DNA from: Candidatus Micrarchaeota archaeon
GTDB taxonomy: Archaea > Micrarchaeota > Micrarchaeia > Anstonellales > Bilamarchaeaceae
Assembly (NCBI GenBank): GCA_014727975.1
Contig: WJMK01000014.1
Span: 2,558-66,557 of the forward strand
Length of the DNA stretch: 64,000 bases
Direction: 5' to 3'
Shown here piece after piece: positions 16,871 to 27,522 of the stretch. Every line of letters begins with the position of its first letter. Position 1 is the first letter of the stretch. The notes below the pieces were generated by a model. That model was given only the letters and a program-made list of their open reading frames with translations. It searched no databases and was not told where the DNA came from. A program made the translations under genes and the position numbers.

Positions 16871-17554
16871 ATGAGAAAAACAGTATTTTTGCTTTTGGGA
16901 TTTGTGCTGCTGCTAATGCTTGGGTGCCCTTCAGAGGAAGCCGCTGGGGAGGCTGAGGTTCCTGATGAGGCTGGGCCTGGAAAAATGCCCGGAGAAGAGG
17001 CTCCTGAAGAAGAAGCCCATGGGGCGGCTGCAGAGGGAGAAACTCCCGGGGAAGTGCAGAATGAAACTATAGAAGAAGAGCCGGGGGAAGTCCCTGAAGA
17101 GGAAGAACCTGAAGAAGAGCCCATTATCTGCGTGCCTGTAGCAGTTTCAGGGTATGCGGAAGTAATTGTGTACAGGGATGATGTGCAATATTACGGGGAT
17201 GAGGGGATGGTGGTAAGCGCAAGGGAACTGGAAATCGGGAAAACCCTTAATGTTCCGGGTGGAGGGTCAGTAACACTTGAAGAGATACTCCTGGATGCGG
17301 ACTGTGAAGAATGCGGGGAAAAACCTTCCTGGACATACAGCCAGAAAGCAAAGTTAAGGATAAGCGTGCCCAATGCCCCTGAAGACATTGTAGTTGTTGC
17401 AGGAGAAGGGGGGCACGGGTTCTTCAACTCAAGCTATATGTGCAAAACACTGGACTGGGACGGGGAAACCTGCCTTGAGTACGTGCCGGATGGGCAGAAG
17501 CAGTATTACGTTGGAAGGGTTACAGCAGAGAAAACGTGTGTTTGGGAGGAGTAA
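16871..17554 (+). CDS. Exported lipobox-type protein with an acidic E/P-rich linker, function unknown
   Basis: Signal peptide ending LLMLGC, then about 70 aa of E/P/A/G-rich spacer, then a Cys-containing globular domain. TATA-like TTATTTAAATAG lies about 27 nt upstream. Confidence 0.5.
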   Translation: MRKTVFLLLGFVLLLMLGCPSEEAAGEAEVPDEAGPGKMPGEEAPEEEAHGAAAEGETPGEVQNETIEEEPGEVPEEEEPEEEPIICVPVAVSGYAEVIVYRDDVQYYGDEGMVVSARELEIGKTLNVPGGGSVTLEEILLDADCEECGEKPSWTYSQKAKLRISVPNAPEDIVVVAGEGGHGFFNSSYMCKTLDWDGETCLEYVPDGQKQYYVGRVTAEKTCVWEE

Positions 17555-17585
17555 AACAAAAATAGAAAAAGGAGGGAAGCATAAG

Positions 17586-20500
17586 CTACTTCCCGTAATG
17601 GTTCCTGAACCACCAATAGCCTACCAGGCCCAGCCCCAGGAGGATCAGCACAAACCAGAGCATATTCTGCTGCATCTCCGTTACCTCTTTGCCGTTTGGC
17701 ATTTTTGGCTCGGTCACTGAAGGCACTTCAGTTGAAACTACTTCTGCAGGGGGAATCCCTGCCTCTTCAGCCACCAGGGCATTTGCAGCTGCAAGCGCTG
17801 CCTCTGCGTACCTGAGGGCATTTTCGCAATCCCCTTGCTCCTTTGCTTCTTTTGCCTTGTCAAGGAGCTCTTCTACCTCCTCGGTATCAATGCCCTGTTC
17901 CTTGGCCTCATCAATCCTGTCTTCTGTTTCCTGGATTGGCTCATCGCACTCTTCGCATTCTTCTTCCTCTTCAGGCACTATGCATTCGTTGTCCCTGCAA
18001 AGCTCCCCCTCTGCACAATCCTCATCAGAGCAGCACTCATATGAAACGCATTCGTGGTCCTTCACTTCCCCGCATTCGCACTCAACAGGGGTGCACTCTC
18101 CATCAGAGCAGTATTCGTCACCTGGGCAATCATTATTGCTTGTGCACTCAGGCTCAGGTTCTTCAGTCTCCACACAAGCGCAATCTACGCATTCGTAGCC
18201 AGAAGCGCAGCCTGTTCCGGGCACTCCGCATTCAATATCTGATTTTGGAAGGCACTTGTTATTGCCGATGCTGCAGTAGTAGCAGTCAGGGCAGTCAATA
18301 TCGCTTTCACAAACATACTCCGGCTCGTCACCATCTCCATCATCCGGAAGGCCTTCATACACTGCAAAGAGCCCATATACGTCTAGATATATTGCAAAGT
18401 TCTCTGGGTCAATTCTTGCTTCTGCCGGGCCTCCCCCATCCAGGAGGTCCATTATGAATTTTGACCTGTCTTTCTGTGTAAAGTTGTATATCTTGATTGT
18501 CTGCTCTGTTTCATTATGTATCTGGCCCTCAACAGGGCTCCAGTATGCCTTCATTATCAGCTCCTGCTCTTCAACAGATGCCCTCAGCACAACAGGCCTC
18601 TCCAGGGAGCCTGCACAAGCTCCCTCGGCACCCATCCTGGGTTCCTGGCAGTAACCATATCCTACTGGGCCCATGCTGCACTCGCAACCTTCCTCGCAGT
18701 CGGAGTCAGAGAAGCAAATGATTTTTCCACACCTGCCGATGCTGTCGCATTTGGAGCAATCGGAGCAGTCGCTGTCCTCTTCACACTGGGAACACTCAAA
18801 GCCATTGCAGTACGGGAAATCCGGGTCCGCGCAGTCGCTGTCTTCTTCGCACTCCCTGTCTGCATCAGGTTTGCAAATGCTCTGCTCAACCCAGCAGAAT
18901 TCACCTCTGGCGCAGTCCGAATCTTCTTCACAATATATCCCTGTTTCCTCCACGCGGAGCTGGTAGAGGGCCATTGTGCTCCCATCGTAGCCTCCTGTGA
19001 AGCCATAGTGCACAGTGAACTCATCTATCTTCGGGTCTACTGGGGCACGGGCCCCTCCATCTTCCCCAATTCCAGCAATAAGGAAATACTTGTTGTTGTA
19101 AGAAATCCTTTCCCCAAGGCCGAAAGGATCTATGTCCAGGTATGCAGTAACATTTACCTCGAGGTCTTCGCTTTCCAGGTGGATTGAGTCCACGGTCGGG
19201 AGAGTGGTGTCAGATAGGAGGTAGACTACTGTTGCATTGTCTTCAACAGAAACTCTTACTGATGAAGGCCCGGAGCCGATTGTTGTTTCATCAAGGCTCC
19301 AGTGTGGCTGGTTGGTTGGGGCCTCCAGGATGCCCATTCTGTAAATCGGGCTCGCCTCTATAAATTCAAGCTCGATTATCCCTTTTGGAAGTGCTTCATC
19401 AAGGAGGCCGAATGCCTCTGCCCACTGGTCCCTGCCCCCTTCCTCAAAAGTATCAGAAAGGGTGGAGAACATTGTTTCCCCATTCCTGTAAAGATAAGTG
19501 TTGCGCACAGTTATTGCCTGGTTCGGGCTGCTGGGCGGGGTGTAGCCGGTTGCCCTTTCACGCTCAAAATAAGAGGCATCCAGGATTCCAAGTATGTTGT
19601 TGTCGTATATCCTGCAGCGGTCCACAAGATGATGGCCCCTGCTCAGGAGCACCATCCCATAATTATTGTGGTAGGAGCGCACTGAATTGAAATCATTTTC
19701 ATATACTCCTGCCTCACATTTGAGGGAAGTGAAGTTGCAGATCTCCCCTGCTGCCATGTCACACTCTGAATAGGCATAGCATGTGGTGGGGGCATTCAGT
19801 GTTGCGCCTCTCGAGCCAGTGGGGGGCATGATCATGCTAAGGCTAAGGTCGATGACTCCGGCCCCAAGCGGGAGTAGCTGGAGGTCCTCATATGCCCCCG
19901 GCACATCCCCTTCAAAGATATCGTGGAGGTTGCCATCGTTCCCTGATGTTGCGGTGTTTTCGAAATTGGCTGCATAAGATTCGAGCATCCCGTAGCCGAA
20001 AATGTCATTGTTGGTTGCAGAACCTCCGGAAATTGTTGCCTCATCGCTCATTAAAAGAGCAAGCCCGATGGTGCTGTCTGAAAAGCTTGATGAAGAGATT
20101 GTGGCGCGGGGGGAATATGCAAGAACTGCTCCTGCGCCGACCTCCTTGAATTCAGGTTCCGGGGCCCGGAGGGTTTCCCCTGCACGCAGCCCGCCCCCTA
20201 AAAAGCCCATGAGGAGGTCAAGTATTGCTGTTGCGTTCATCTTGTTGTTTCTGCTGGTAAAGCTGGACACTTCAAGGTTTTCTGACATAAGAGCGAGTAT
20301 CCCGAAGCCGCTCCCTTCTGCATTTGAACCGGATATCGTAACATCCGGAGTTGCAAGCACCCCGAATCCCATAAAGTTGTTCTGGGAGGTTGAGTCGCTT
20401 ATGCTTGTGCCGTTGCTCAGTATAAGGAGCATTCCGTTGTTGTCCAGTGTGTCAGAGCCGGAAACAGTTACTCCTGAAACCACTGAATCAGTTGCGTTGC

Positions 20501-21587
20501 AGAGAATCACTTCTGAATAAGTGTTTCCATACAGGTTGACTGTTTCATGGGAGTAGTAAATGGGCCTTGCCCCTGAGCCTGTGTTGCGCTCCACCGTATT
20601 GAGGCAAAGCATGGACATGTAAGATGCCCCAGCGTCAGCTTTAAGTTCGGAGGCAAGCATGCCTCCTCCAAATACCCTGTCTCCCCCTACCAGCATGTCC
20701 AGTTCCATGTTTTCTTCAAGGATGTTGTCAGTGTATGTTCCATTGTAATCAAAGAAATTGAGGCCGATAAGGTTGTCGTAGGCATGGTTGTTGGTGAAGG
20801 TTGTTCCATATTCAGATGGGGGGTCGGCAGCCGGAGGCCTGGGGGGCTTTGGGATTGCCCCTTCGATATAGAAGCCGTTTGTGTTATTGTAGGCGGTGTT
20901 CCCATCTACAAAATTTCCTGCTGACTGGCCAATTTCAAAGCCGCCGCCTTCATAATATTCCCAGTCATTTCCATATGCAGTGTTTCCGGTTACTGTATTA
21001 TTGTAGCCCGAAATAGCTAATCCTGACTCTGCATTGTTATATACTGTATTATCGGTTATCGTATTATTTCTTCCTTTTATGGTGAGGCCTGAATAGCCTG
21101 AGTTGTAAACTTCGTTCCCGGAAACAAGATTCTCGTCCCCTGAGACATATGCGCAAATCTCTCCCTCAGGGGTTTCGTAAATTGTATTGCCGGTAAGCTC
21201 AGAGTAATCTGCATCCAGGTAGATGTTGTACATCTCATTCTTGAAAATTGTGTTGTTGTCTACGCTGGAGCCATTTGGGGAATCACCATATATCCCATAA
21301 TCATATTGTGTAATTATGCAATTCTTTACTGTGATGTTCCGTGCCTTGAAATCAATGGCAGTATACGTGCCTGCGCCTCCGGTCCCGGTGAGATTGTGCC
21401 CAGCGCAATCAAGGGTGACGTTATCTGCCAAAATCCTTATGCACCAGGTATTGCTGTCATTAACCCCTGCCAGGTCTGTTGTTAGCTCATATTCGCCTGA
21501 AGAAGTAATGCCTTGGCAATAATCTACTGAAGTCGCAGAAAAAACAAAACCTACAAGAACCAGGAATAGAACAAGAGTCCTCACCAT
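17586..21587 (-). CDS. 1333-aa surface protein: signal peptide, parallel beta-helix (PbH1/NosD-like) repeats, two Cys-rich repeat blocks, C-terminal TM anchor
   Basis: N-terminus MVRTLVLFLVLVGFVFSA. Repeated NNTI/GN..Y.N..SGL.I motifs (about nt 20700-21500). CxxDSDC-type modules at about 18640-18940 and 17935-18320. C-terminal MLWFVLILLGLGLVGYWWF followed by basic residues. Confidence 0.7.
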   Translation of the reverse strand: MVRTLVLFLVLVGFVFSATSVDYCQGITSSGEYELTTDLAGVNDSNTWCIRILADNVTLDCAGHNLTGTGGAGTYTAIDFKARNITVKNCIITQYDYGIYGDSPNGSSVDNNTIFKNEMYNIYLDADYSELTGNTIYETPEGEICAYVSGDENLVSGNEVYNSGYSGLTIKGRNNTITDNTVYNNAESGLAISGYNNTVTGNTAYGNDWEYYEGGGFEIGQSAGNFVDGNTAYNNTNGFYIEGAIPKPPRPPAADPPSEYGTTFTNNHAYDNLIGLNFFDYNGTYTDNILEENMELDMLVGGDRVFGGGMLASELKADAGASYMSMLCLNTVERNTGSGARPIYYSHETVNLYGNTYSEVILCNATDSVVSGVTVSGSDTLDNNGMLLILSNGTSISDSTSQNNFMGFGVLATPDVTISGSNAEGSGFGILALMSENLEVSSFTSRNNKMNATAILDLLMGFLGGGLRAGETLRAPEPEFKEVGAGAVLAYSPRATISSSSFSDSTIGLALLMSDEATISGGSATNNDIFGYGMLESYAANFENTATSGNDGNLHDIFEGDVPGAYEDLQLLPLGAGVIDLSLSMIMPPTGSRGATLNAPTTCYAYSECDMAAGEICNFTSLKCEAGVYENDFNSVRSYHNNYGMVLLSRGHHLVDRCRIYDNNILGILDASYFERERATGYTPPSSPNQAITVRNTYLYRNGETMFSTLSDTFEEGGRDQWAEAFGLLDEALPKGIIELEFIEASPIYRMGILEAPTNQPHWSLDETTIGSGPSSVRVSVEDNATVVYLLSDTTLPTVDSIHLESEDLEVNVTAYLDIDPFGLGERISYNNKYFLIAGIGEDGGARAPVDPKIDEFTVHYGFTGGYDGSTMALYQLRVEETGIYCEEDSDCARGEFCWVEQSICKPDADRECEEDSDCADPDFPYCNGFECSQCEEDSDCSDCSKCDSIGRCGKIICFSDSDCEEGCECSMGPVGYGYCQEPRMGAEGACAGSLERPVVLRASVEEQELIMKAYWSPVEGQIHNETEQTIKIYNFTQKDRSKFIMDLLDGGGPAEARIDPENFAIYLDVYGLFAVYEGLPDDGDGDEPEYVCESDIDCPDCYYCSIGNNKCLPKSDIECGVPGTGCASGYECVDCACVETEEPEPECTSNNDCPGDEYCSDGECTPVECECGEVKDHECVSYECCSDEDCAEGELCRDNECIVPEEEEECEECDEPIQETEDRIDEAKEQGIDTEEVEELLDKAKEAKEQGDCENALRYAEAALAAANALVAEEAGIPPAEVVSTEVPSVTEPKMPNGKEVTEMQQNMLWFVLILLGLGLVGYWWFRNHYGK

Positions 21588-21717
21588 GCAATAATTTGGA
21601 ATAAAAAAGTATAAAAATAGCTGGGGTGTGCATGCCTCTTAAAATCGGGGGAGAATGGTGGCAGGGCTTTGGGCAAATCCCGAAGGTTTATAACTTTTCA
21701 AAACGGAAAAGGGATGT

Positions 21718-23163
21718 ATGCTGGTACTGGTGTGTGGGCTTCCGGGGGCTGGGAAAAGCACCCTTGCAAAAGCACTTGCGGAAAAACTGAGTGCAGTTTA
21801 CCTGAGCAGCGACATCATAAGGATGAAGATGCTGAGCGAGCGCACCTATTCCGAGCATGAGAAATACAAGGTTTACGGAAGGATGGTGGAAGAAGCGGGG
21901 AAGCTGCTTTCCGCGGGGAAGGCGGTTGTGTGCGATGCCACTTTTTACAAGAAAAAAACCAGGGCTGAAATGAGGGGGGCTGCAGAGAAGGCTGGTGCAG
22001 AACTGCATATTATCTTATGCCAGCTGGATGAGCAAACCCTGGAAGAGCGAATGGAACAGAGGGGAAAGGAGGGGGCAGGTGCAAGCGAAGCAGACTTCAG
22101 CATCTACCTAAAAGTGAAGGGGCTGTTTGAGCCCATTGAAAACGAGCACCTTGTATTGGACACTTCTGTGCCTGTTGAAGAGCAGGTAGGCACTGCAGCA
22201 GAATACATTGAAAAGAAATCGGGATGGAAGCCGGAGGAGCTGGGGATGGAATTCAAGGAAACCCATATCTCCTGGGTTTTCCTCTCAGGGGATTTTGCAT
22301 ACAAGGTAAAAAAACCTGTGAAATTCTCATTCCTGGATTTCTCCAGCCGGGATAAGCGCAGGGAATATTGTGAAGAAGAAGTAAGGCTGAACAAGCGCCT
22401 CTCCCCGGAAATCTACCTGGGCGTTGTCCCCCTTGTGCGGGAAGGCAATTCCCTCAGATTCGGGGGGAATGGGCGGCCTCTGGATTATGCAGTGAAGATG
22501 AAGAGGATGGGCAGGACCATGGACAGGGCCCTGGAAGAAGGGGAAGTGGACAGGGGGAATGTTGAGGAAGTTGCAAAGGAGATTGCAGGATTCCACAATG
22601 CGGTTCCCGTGATACAGGACCCAAGGTACAACTCTCCGGAAATGGTGAAAGAGCAGATAGACGACCTTGGCTCGGTAAAGGAAACTGTGGAAAGCGCGTG
22701 TGGGATGGGGGAAAAGGTCGAATTTGTTCTTGAAAAATCAGACTTGTTTATACGTGAAAATGAGGGGCTTATGCGGAACCGCCAGGTGGACGGCATGGTA
22801 AGGGACTGCCATGGGGACCTCCATACCTCCAATGTATTTGTTGCGGAAAAAAAATACATCTTTGACTGCATTGAGTTCAGCGAGGATTTCAGGTTCATAG
22901 ACATTGCAAGCGAGGTCGCATTCATGGCAATGGACCTGGATGCAAGAGGCAGGGAGGACCTCTCAGAAGTCTTTGTGGGGAAATACCTGGAGCTTTCAGG
23001 GGACCCAAATTTGATGAAGCTGCTGGATTTCTACAAATGCTACCGGGCAAATGTGCGGGCAAAAGTTGCTGCGCTGGAGTACCTGCAAAACCCCACAGAA
23101 GAGGGGAAAAGGAACGTTGAGAAATACCTCTCCCTTGCGCAAAAGTATGCGGGAAAGCTTTAG
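21718..23163 (+). CDS. Fusion of a P-loop kinase (AAA_33-like) and an aminoglycoside-phosphotransferase-like kinase domain
   Basis: N-terminus MLVLVCGLPGAGKSTLAKAL. The C-terminal domain has the Brenner-type motif RDCHGDLHTSNVF and the downstream FDCIEF. Confidence 0.65.
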   Translation: MLVLVCGLPGAGKSTLAKALAEKLSAVYLSSDIIRMKMLSERTYSEHEKYKVYGRMVEEAGKLLSAGKAVVCDATFYKKKTRAEMRGAAEKAGAELHIILCQLDEQTLEERMEQRGKEGAGASEADFSIYLKVKGLFEPIENEHLVLDTSVPVEEQVGTAAEYIEKKSGWKPEELGMEFKETHISWVFLSGDFAYKVKKPVKFSFLDFSSRDKRREYCEEEVRLNKRLSPEIYLGVVPLVREGNSLRFGGNGRPLDYAVKMKRMGRTMDRALEEGEVDRGNVEEVAKEIAGFHNAVPVIQDPRYNSPEMVKEQIDDLGSVKETVESACGMGEKVEFVLEKSDLFIRENEGLMRNRQVDGMVRDCHGDLHTSNVFVAEKKYIFDCIEFSEDFRFIDIASEVAFMAMDLDARGREDLSEVFVGKYLELSGDPNLMKLLDFYKCYRANVRAKVAALEYLQNPTEEGKRNVEKYLSLAQKYAGKL

Positions 23164-23165
23164 GG

Positions 23166-24731
23166 CTAATGCCTGAAGTGCCTTGTTCCTGTGAAGAGCA
23201 TGGCCATTCCATGCTCATTTGCTGCCTCTATTACTTCCTGGTCTCGGATTGAGCCCCCTGGCTGGATTATTGAAGTTACGCCCCTTTCTGCAGCCGTATC
23301 TATTCCATCCCTGAATGGGAAAAATGCATCGCTTGCCATTGCGCAGCCCTTTAGGGTTTCCCCGCGGGACTCTGCAATGTCTGCTGCAAGGCGGGCTGCG
23401 TCCACCCGCTTCATCTGGCCCGCGCCAATTCCTATTGCCTGGTTGCTGCGCGCATAAACAATTGAATTGGATTTTACATATTTGCAGATTGTCCATGCAT
23501 ACATCAGGTCCTTCATCTCCTGTTCTGTTGGCTTGCGCTCAGTAACCACCTTGAGCTTTTCCGGGTCATAGAGGAGAATGTCCACGTCCTGGGTAAGCAG
23601 GCCGCCGCAGATGCTCCTGTATGAGATTTGAGGGGGGCGCTTTACAGGGAATTCGCATTCTCCTGTCTCGATGGCGCGAAGCCTTTTTTTCCTGGAAAAA
23701 ATTTCAAGTGCCTCTTCTGCAAAAGAGGGGGCGACAATAACTTCATAAAAGCGGGTGATTATTTTTTCCGCGAGGTCTTTCTCAACCTTGCGGTTAAGGC
23801 AGACTATCCCCCCAAATGCCGCATCACTGTCAACTGCAAGCGCTATTTCATATGCCTTTACTATATCTCCGTTTGTGGCAACACCGCAGGGGTTGTTGTG
23901 CTTCACGATTACTGCTGTAGGCTCTTTAAACTGCTTAAGCAGGGCAAATGCTGCATTGATGTCAAGTATGTTGTTGTAGGAAAGCTCGCGCCCCTGGAGC
24001 TGGCTGAAATTGGGTACGCAGCATTCGCTGAGCTGCGGGTCTTTGTAGAGTGCAGCGTTCCCCTGTGAGGGGTTTTCCCCATACCTCAGGTCCTGCATCT
24101 TCCTGAAAGAGAGGTTGAGGTATTCCGGGGTTTTCTGCTCAGGGAAAAACTTTGAGCGGAGAAAAGACTCGATTACCGTATCATAATGGGAAATTTCCAT
24201 GAATGCCTCCACTGCAAGCTTTCTCCTTGTTTCCAGGGAAACGTCCCCGTTTGCAGTAATCTCTTCGCTTACTTCCCCATACCGGGCAGGGTTGGAGATT
24301 ACGACCACATTTTCGAAGTTTTTTGCTGCGGCGCGGATAAGGGTTGGGCCGCCTATATCTATATTCTCTGTTGCAGTTTCCACTGTGCAGTCCGGAAGCG
24401 AAGTAACCTCCTCAAACGGGTAAAGATTTACTGCAACAAGGTCTATCATGCCTACTCCAAGGCTCTGGGCCTGTTCCATGTGCTCCTCTTTTTCCCTTTT
24501 TGCAAGTATTCCGCCATGGATTTTAGGGTGAAGGGTCTTTACCCTCCCTTCCATCATTTCCGGAAATCCGGTAAGGTCTGCAACATCAAAAGTCTGGACT
24601 CCCGCATCCCTGAGGGCCTTGGAGGTGCCTCCGCTTGAAACAATCCCTATCCCCTGTTCTGAGAGGAACTTGCCAAAATCAGCAATCCCTTCTTTGTTGT
24701 AAACACTCAGCAGTGCCCGCTTTATTGCCAT
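23166..24731 (-). CDS. purH: Bifunctional AICAR transformylase / IMP cyclohydrolase
   Basis: 521 aa. N-terminal MGS-like [17 protein letters not shown], central and C-terminal AICARFT blocks ([15 protein letters not shown]). Confidence 0.9.
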   Translation of the reverse strand: MAIKRALLSVYNKEGIADFGKFLSEQGIGIVSSGGTSKALRDAGVQTFDVADLTGFPEMMEGRVKTLHPKIHGGILAKREKEEHMEQAQSLGVGMIDLVAVNLYPFEEVTSLPDCTVETATENIDIGGPTLIRAAAKNFENVVVISNPARYGEVSEEITANGDVSLETRRKLAVEAFMEISHYDTVIESFLRSKFFPEQKTPEYLNLSFRKMQDLRYGENPSQGNAALYKDPQLSECCVPNFSQLQGRELSYNNILDINAAFALLKQFKEPTAVIVKHNNPCGVATNGDIVKAYEIALAVDSDAAFGGIVCLNRKVEKDLAEKIITRFYEVIVAPSFAEEALEIFSRKKRLRAIETGECEFPVKRPPQISYRSICGGLLTQDVDILLYDPEKLKVVTERKPTEQEMKDLMYAWTICKYVKSNSIVYARSNQAIGIGAGQMKRVDAARLAADIAESRGETLKGCAMASDAFFPFRDGIDTAAERGVTSIIQPGGSIRDQEVIEAANEHGMAMLFTGTRHFRH

Positions 24732-24772
24732 AGAAACCGTACCATATTAGTGAAAAAAGCACTTAAAAAGCA

Positions 24773-26236
24773 TTATGGTTTTGGGAGGGGCGGCTTTGGG
24801 CTGGAGCCATCTGCCAACTCGGGCTTATGCATCCCTGTTGTTTCAACAAGCACAAAGTTGCCGAACTCTGCTGCAACTGAGCCAGGCTCGGAAATTTTCC
24901 TTAGCTCGCTTTCGGTTATTGAGGGAGTCTGGGATGCTCCTCCCATCCCTCCCGGCTTCGGGGCCTGTATGGAAAACATGGCGTACTTGCCAGGTGCGGG
25001 AGAGGGGTCATCCGTTGTTTCAAGGCCTGCTGCCTGCACCCAGTAGGCAAGCCCCCCTCTTGGGCCAAATATCTGAGAGCCAGGATGGGCTTTTGCAAAT
25101 TCAGAAAGGGCCTGGTACTCCTGCATGCTTATCAGGGGCATCCTCTGCATTCCTGAGTCTGTGAACATATATAGTGTATGGAGAGACATCAGGAGCATTA
25201 CTGCATAGAATACTGCTTTTTCCTTCCGGAAATAGAAGGCCCCAAGGCCTGCAAGCAGGGCAATGGGGATATATGTGTTCATCTCAAACCGGAAAACCCA
25301 GGAATCATCCACGAACATGGGCTGGGTAAGCAGGAAGCTCACTACAATCCATGGGATGAAAAGAATGGCCCATTTAGGGTCTATCCTGTATGCGGAATAA
25401 AGCCCCAGCATTGCAAGCAGGGAAAAGAAGCTGTACATGGAGAACATGTTGAGGTTTATGGTGCCGGATTTCCCGGGGGGGCCATCATCCAGGTATTCCA
25501 GGCCCACGGGCCCTATGCTGTAGTCCCCCAGGAGCCCGGGCTTGAGCAGGAGGACTGCAAGGGCAGCCAGCCCGATTCCCCCTATTATTGCAAAGCATTT
25601 GAGCGATTCAGTTGTTATCCTCTTTTCGTGCATGAAATTATAGATGGGGAGGAGCAGGAGCAGCGGGGTTATCGAAAAAAGCAGATATGCAGAAGAGGAA
25701 AAATGCGTTCCTAGCATGAGCACAAATGCGACTATTGCAAGTGCTGTATTGCGGGTGCTGGTTTCCCGGATTGATTTTACTGCAAGGTAAACAAACCAGG
25801 CTCCGAAAAATAGCCCTATAGTATTCTTGAAAAGGTCCCCCATTATGAACATGTTTGAGGTGGAAAAAGAGGCAAGGAAGCCTGCAAAAACCGCAACTGC
25901 CCTGTCCTTGGTAACATATTTGGCTATTTTGTAGATTGGGAAGCAGATTGCTGCGGAAAAAAGGGAGATTGCAACCTTGAATCCAAGGAATAGGTCATTT
26001 GCGAGCCAGGTAAAGAGGGCGCCCAGGTAGAAAGCGATTGGGGGGTCGCTTACCTGCGGGTACCCATATAGGAATACGTCTTTTATGTGCATCACATAAT
26101 AGCCCGCATCCATCCCAGCAATCAATGGGTAGCGGGTTGAGAAATAGAGCTTGAGGATGAATGAAAAGAGGAAAACCAGGAAAAGGGCAATCCTGTAGAC
26201 ATTGAAATGGCCTTCCTGCTTCAGGAGTTTGCCCAA
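24773..26236 (-). CDS. Polytopic membrane protein, GT-C-like glycosyltransferase candidate
   Basis: About 12 hydrophobic segments followed by a soluble C-terminal domain of about 130 aa. The architecture resembles ArnT/PMT/AglB-like GT-C enzymes, but I could not verify any catalytic motif. Apparent TTG start. Confidence 0.35.
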   Translation of the reverse strand: MGKLLKQEGHFNVYRIALFLVFLFSFILKLYFSTRYPLIAGMDAGYYVMHIKDVFLYGYPQVSDPPIAFYLGALFTWLANDLFLGFKVAISLFSAAICFPIYKIAKYVTKDRAVAVFAGFLASFSTSNMFIMGDLFKNTIGLFFGAWFVYLAVKSIRETSTRNTALAIVAFVLMLGTHFSSSAYLLFSITPLLLLLPIYNFMHEKRITTESLKCFAIIGGIGLAALAVLLLKPGLLGDYSIGPVGLEYLDDGPPGKSGTINLNMFSMYSFFSLLAMLGLYSAYRIDPKWAILFIPWIVVSFLLTQPMFVDDSWVFRFEMNTYIPIALLAGLGAFYFRKEKAVFYAVMLLMSLHTLYMFTDSGMQRMPLISMQEYQALSEFAKAHPGSQIFGPRGGLAYWVQAAGLETTDDPSPAPGKYAMFSIQAPKPGGMGGASQTPSITESELRKISEPGSVAAEFGNFVLVETTGMHKPELADGSSPKPPLPKP

Positions 26237-26273
26237 ACCCTACACCCTGGGATAAAAGAAAAGAAAGGGAGGT

Positions 26274-26564
26274 TTACTCCTCCCCTGGGGCTTTGTCGTA
26301 AGTGAAGTCTCCTGGAGGCTCGTTGATTTCTATATCAAAGAGGTTTGCAAGCTCTTCTGCCTCTTCATCTTCCTCCATGGCTTCATCTGTTGGTGGGGAC
26401 TCGGCCTCTTCTTCATCTCCAGAATCATCCTGCTGTTCTTCTGCAGGCTCACCTGCCTGCTCTTCCGGAGCCTGGGGCTGGGCCTCCCCTGCTTTCTTGC
26501 CCCCGCACCCTGCAAGCAGGAAAGAGAAGGCAACCAGCGCAAGTAGCAATAGTTTGTAGTTCAT
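26274..26564 (-). CDS. Small exported lipobox-type, highly acidic protein
   Basis: MNYKLLLLALVAFSFLLAGC signal/lipobox, then an E/D/Q/P-rich sequence. Confidence 0.5.
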   Translation of the reverse strand: MNYKLLLLALVAFSFLLAGCGGKKAGEAQPQAPEEQAGEPAEEQQDDSGDEEEAESPPTDEAMEEDEEAEELANLFDIEINEPPGDFTYDKAPGEE

Positions 26565-26568
26565 TTGC

Positions 26569-27465
26569 TCACCCGAAAAGTATCTCAGTTTTCAGAGATA
26601 CAAAATCCTCATAGTGGTCCCATGTGTCTGCCCAGCAATCCAGGTTCTGGTTCGCATAGTCGTTGTTGTTTTCAACTTCCGCAGAATACTCACACTCATC
26701 AATGGTGTCCCTGATATCCTCATTGAGTGACTCGACATCATCTATAATGTCTTCATCATAGTCTCCGTCTTCGAGTATAGGGACCGCATATTCGCAGATT
26801 GCAGACATCCTCTCAAGGTGGAACAGGTCCACGAGCCTCGAGTGCCTTAGCTGGAGGGCCCTTACCTCTGCAGGCTCATCTTCATCAAAGGCTTCCGGGA
26901 TATCGTCCAGTAGCTCTTCCCCATCTTCAATTACTGCTTCCATGCCTGAAACATCAACCCCGTCTTCTTCAAGGTCTTCTGTTATGTCTTCTGCATGCTC
27001 AATGTCGTATTCTACGAAATGGGCTGTGGCAGCTTCAGCCTCTGCAAGGGCATCCACTCTGCAGTCCTCAAGGTCGTCCTTAAGGGCATCCTTCCCGTCC
27101 TGCACGCAATCAAAGAACCCTGCAGTCTTGTTGTCAAATGCATCGCCCACTATTGCGAGCCCAAGTTCCAGCAGGTCTCCTGCAAGGGCAAGCCTGGTGA
27201 GGCCAAATTCAAGGCGGTCGTCATCCTCCGCAGCTTCCTCCAGGTCCTCAAGATTATCGTCTATGTCCTCGACGTATTCTGAAGAATCAAAAATCGGGAC
27301 ATCCTCATCCTCAGCGCAGTCCTCCCTGAGCTCAACAAAATCCTTTGCAAAGCCCACGTTGCATTCATCATATGCATAACGTGCCTCAAGAACCTCCGGC
27401 CATGCCGGGTTATTCCAGGCAAAGGTTGCTGCAATCAGGACAAGCGCAAGCAGTATCCTTTTCAT
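26569..27465 (-). CDS. Exported, extremely acidic (D/E-rich) Cys-containing protein, unknown function
   Basis: Signal-like MKRILLALVLIAATFA. Long runs such as EDCAEDEDVPIFDSSEYVEDIDDNLEDLEEAAEDDD, with Cys residues distributed through the protein. Confidence 0.5.
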   Translation of the reverse strand: MKRILLALVLIAATFAWNNPAWPEVLEARYAYDECNVGFAKDFVELREDCAEDEDVPIFDSSEYVEDIDDNLEDLEEAAEDDDRLEFGLTRLALAGDLLELGLAIVGDAFDNKTAGFFDCVQDGKDALKDDLEDCRVDALAEAEAATAHFVEYDIEHAEDITEDLEEDGVDVSGMEAVIEDGEELLDDIPEAFDEDEPAEVRALQLRHSRLVDLFHLERMSAICEYAVPILEDGDYDEDIIDDVESLNEDIRDTIDECEYSAEVENNNDYANQNLDCWADTWDHYEDFVSLKTEILFG

Positions 27466-27522
27466 GGTATTGCACCTTGGGTGTAGAAGAAAAAGGAAAG
27501 AATAAAAATAGGGCAGGTGTCC

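Noticed and set aside
17689-20520. Multiple plus-strand ORFs of 60-220 aa inside the 1333-aa gene
   Set aside because: All are antisense shadow frames (Ser/Leu/His-rich) of a gene whose minus-strand frame is open for 4 kb and has a coherent domain structure.
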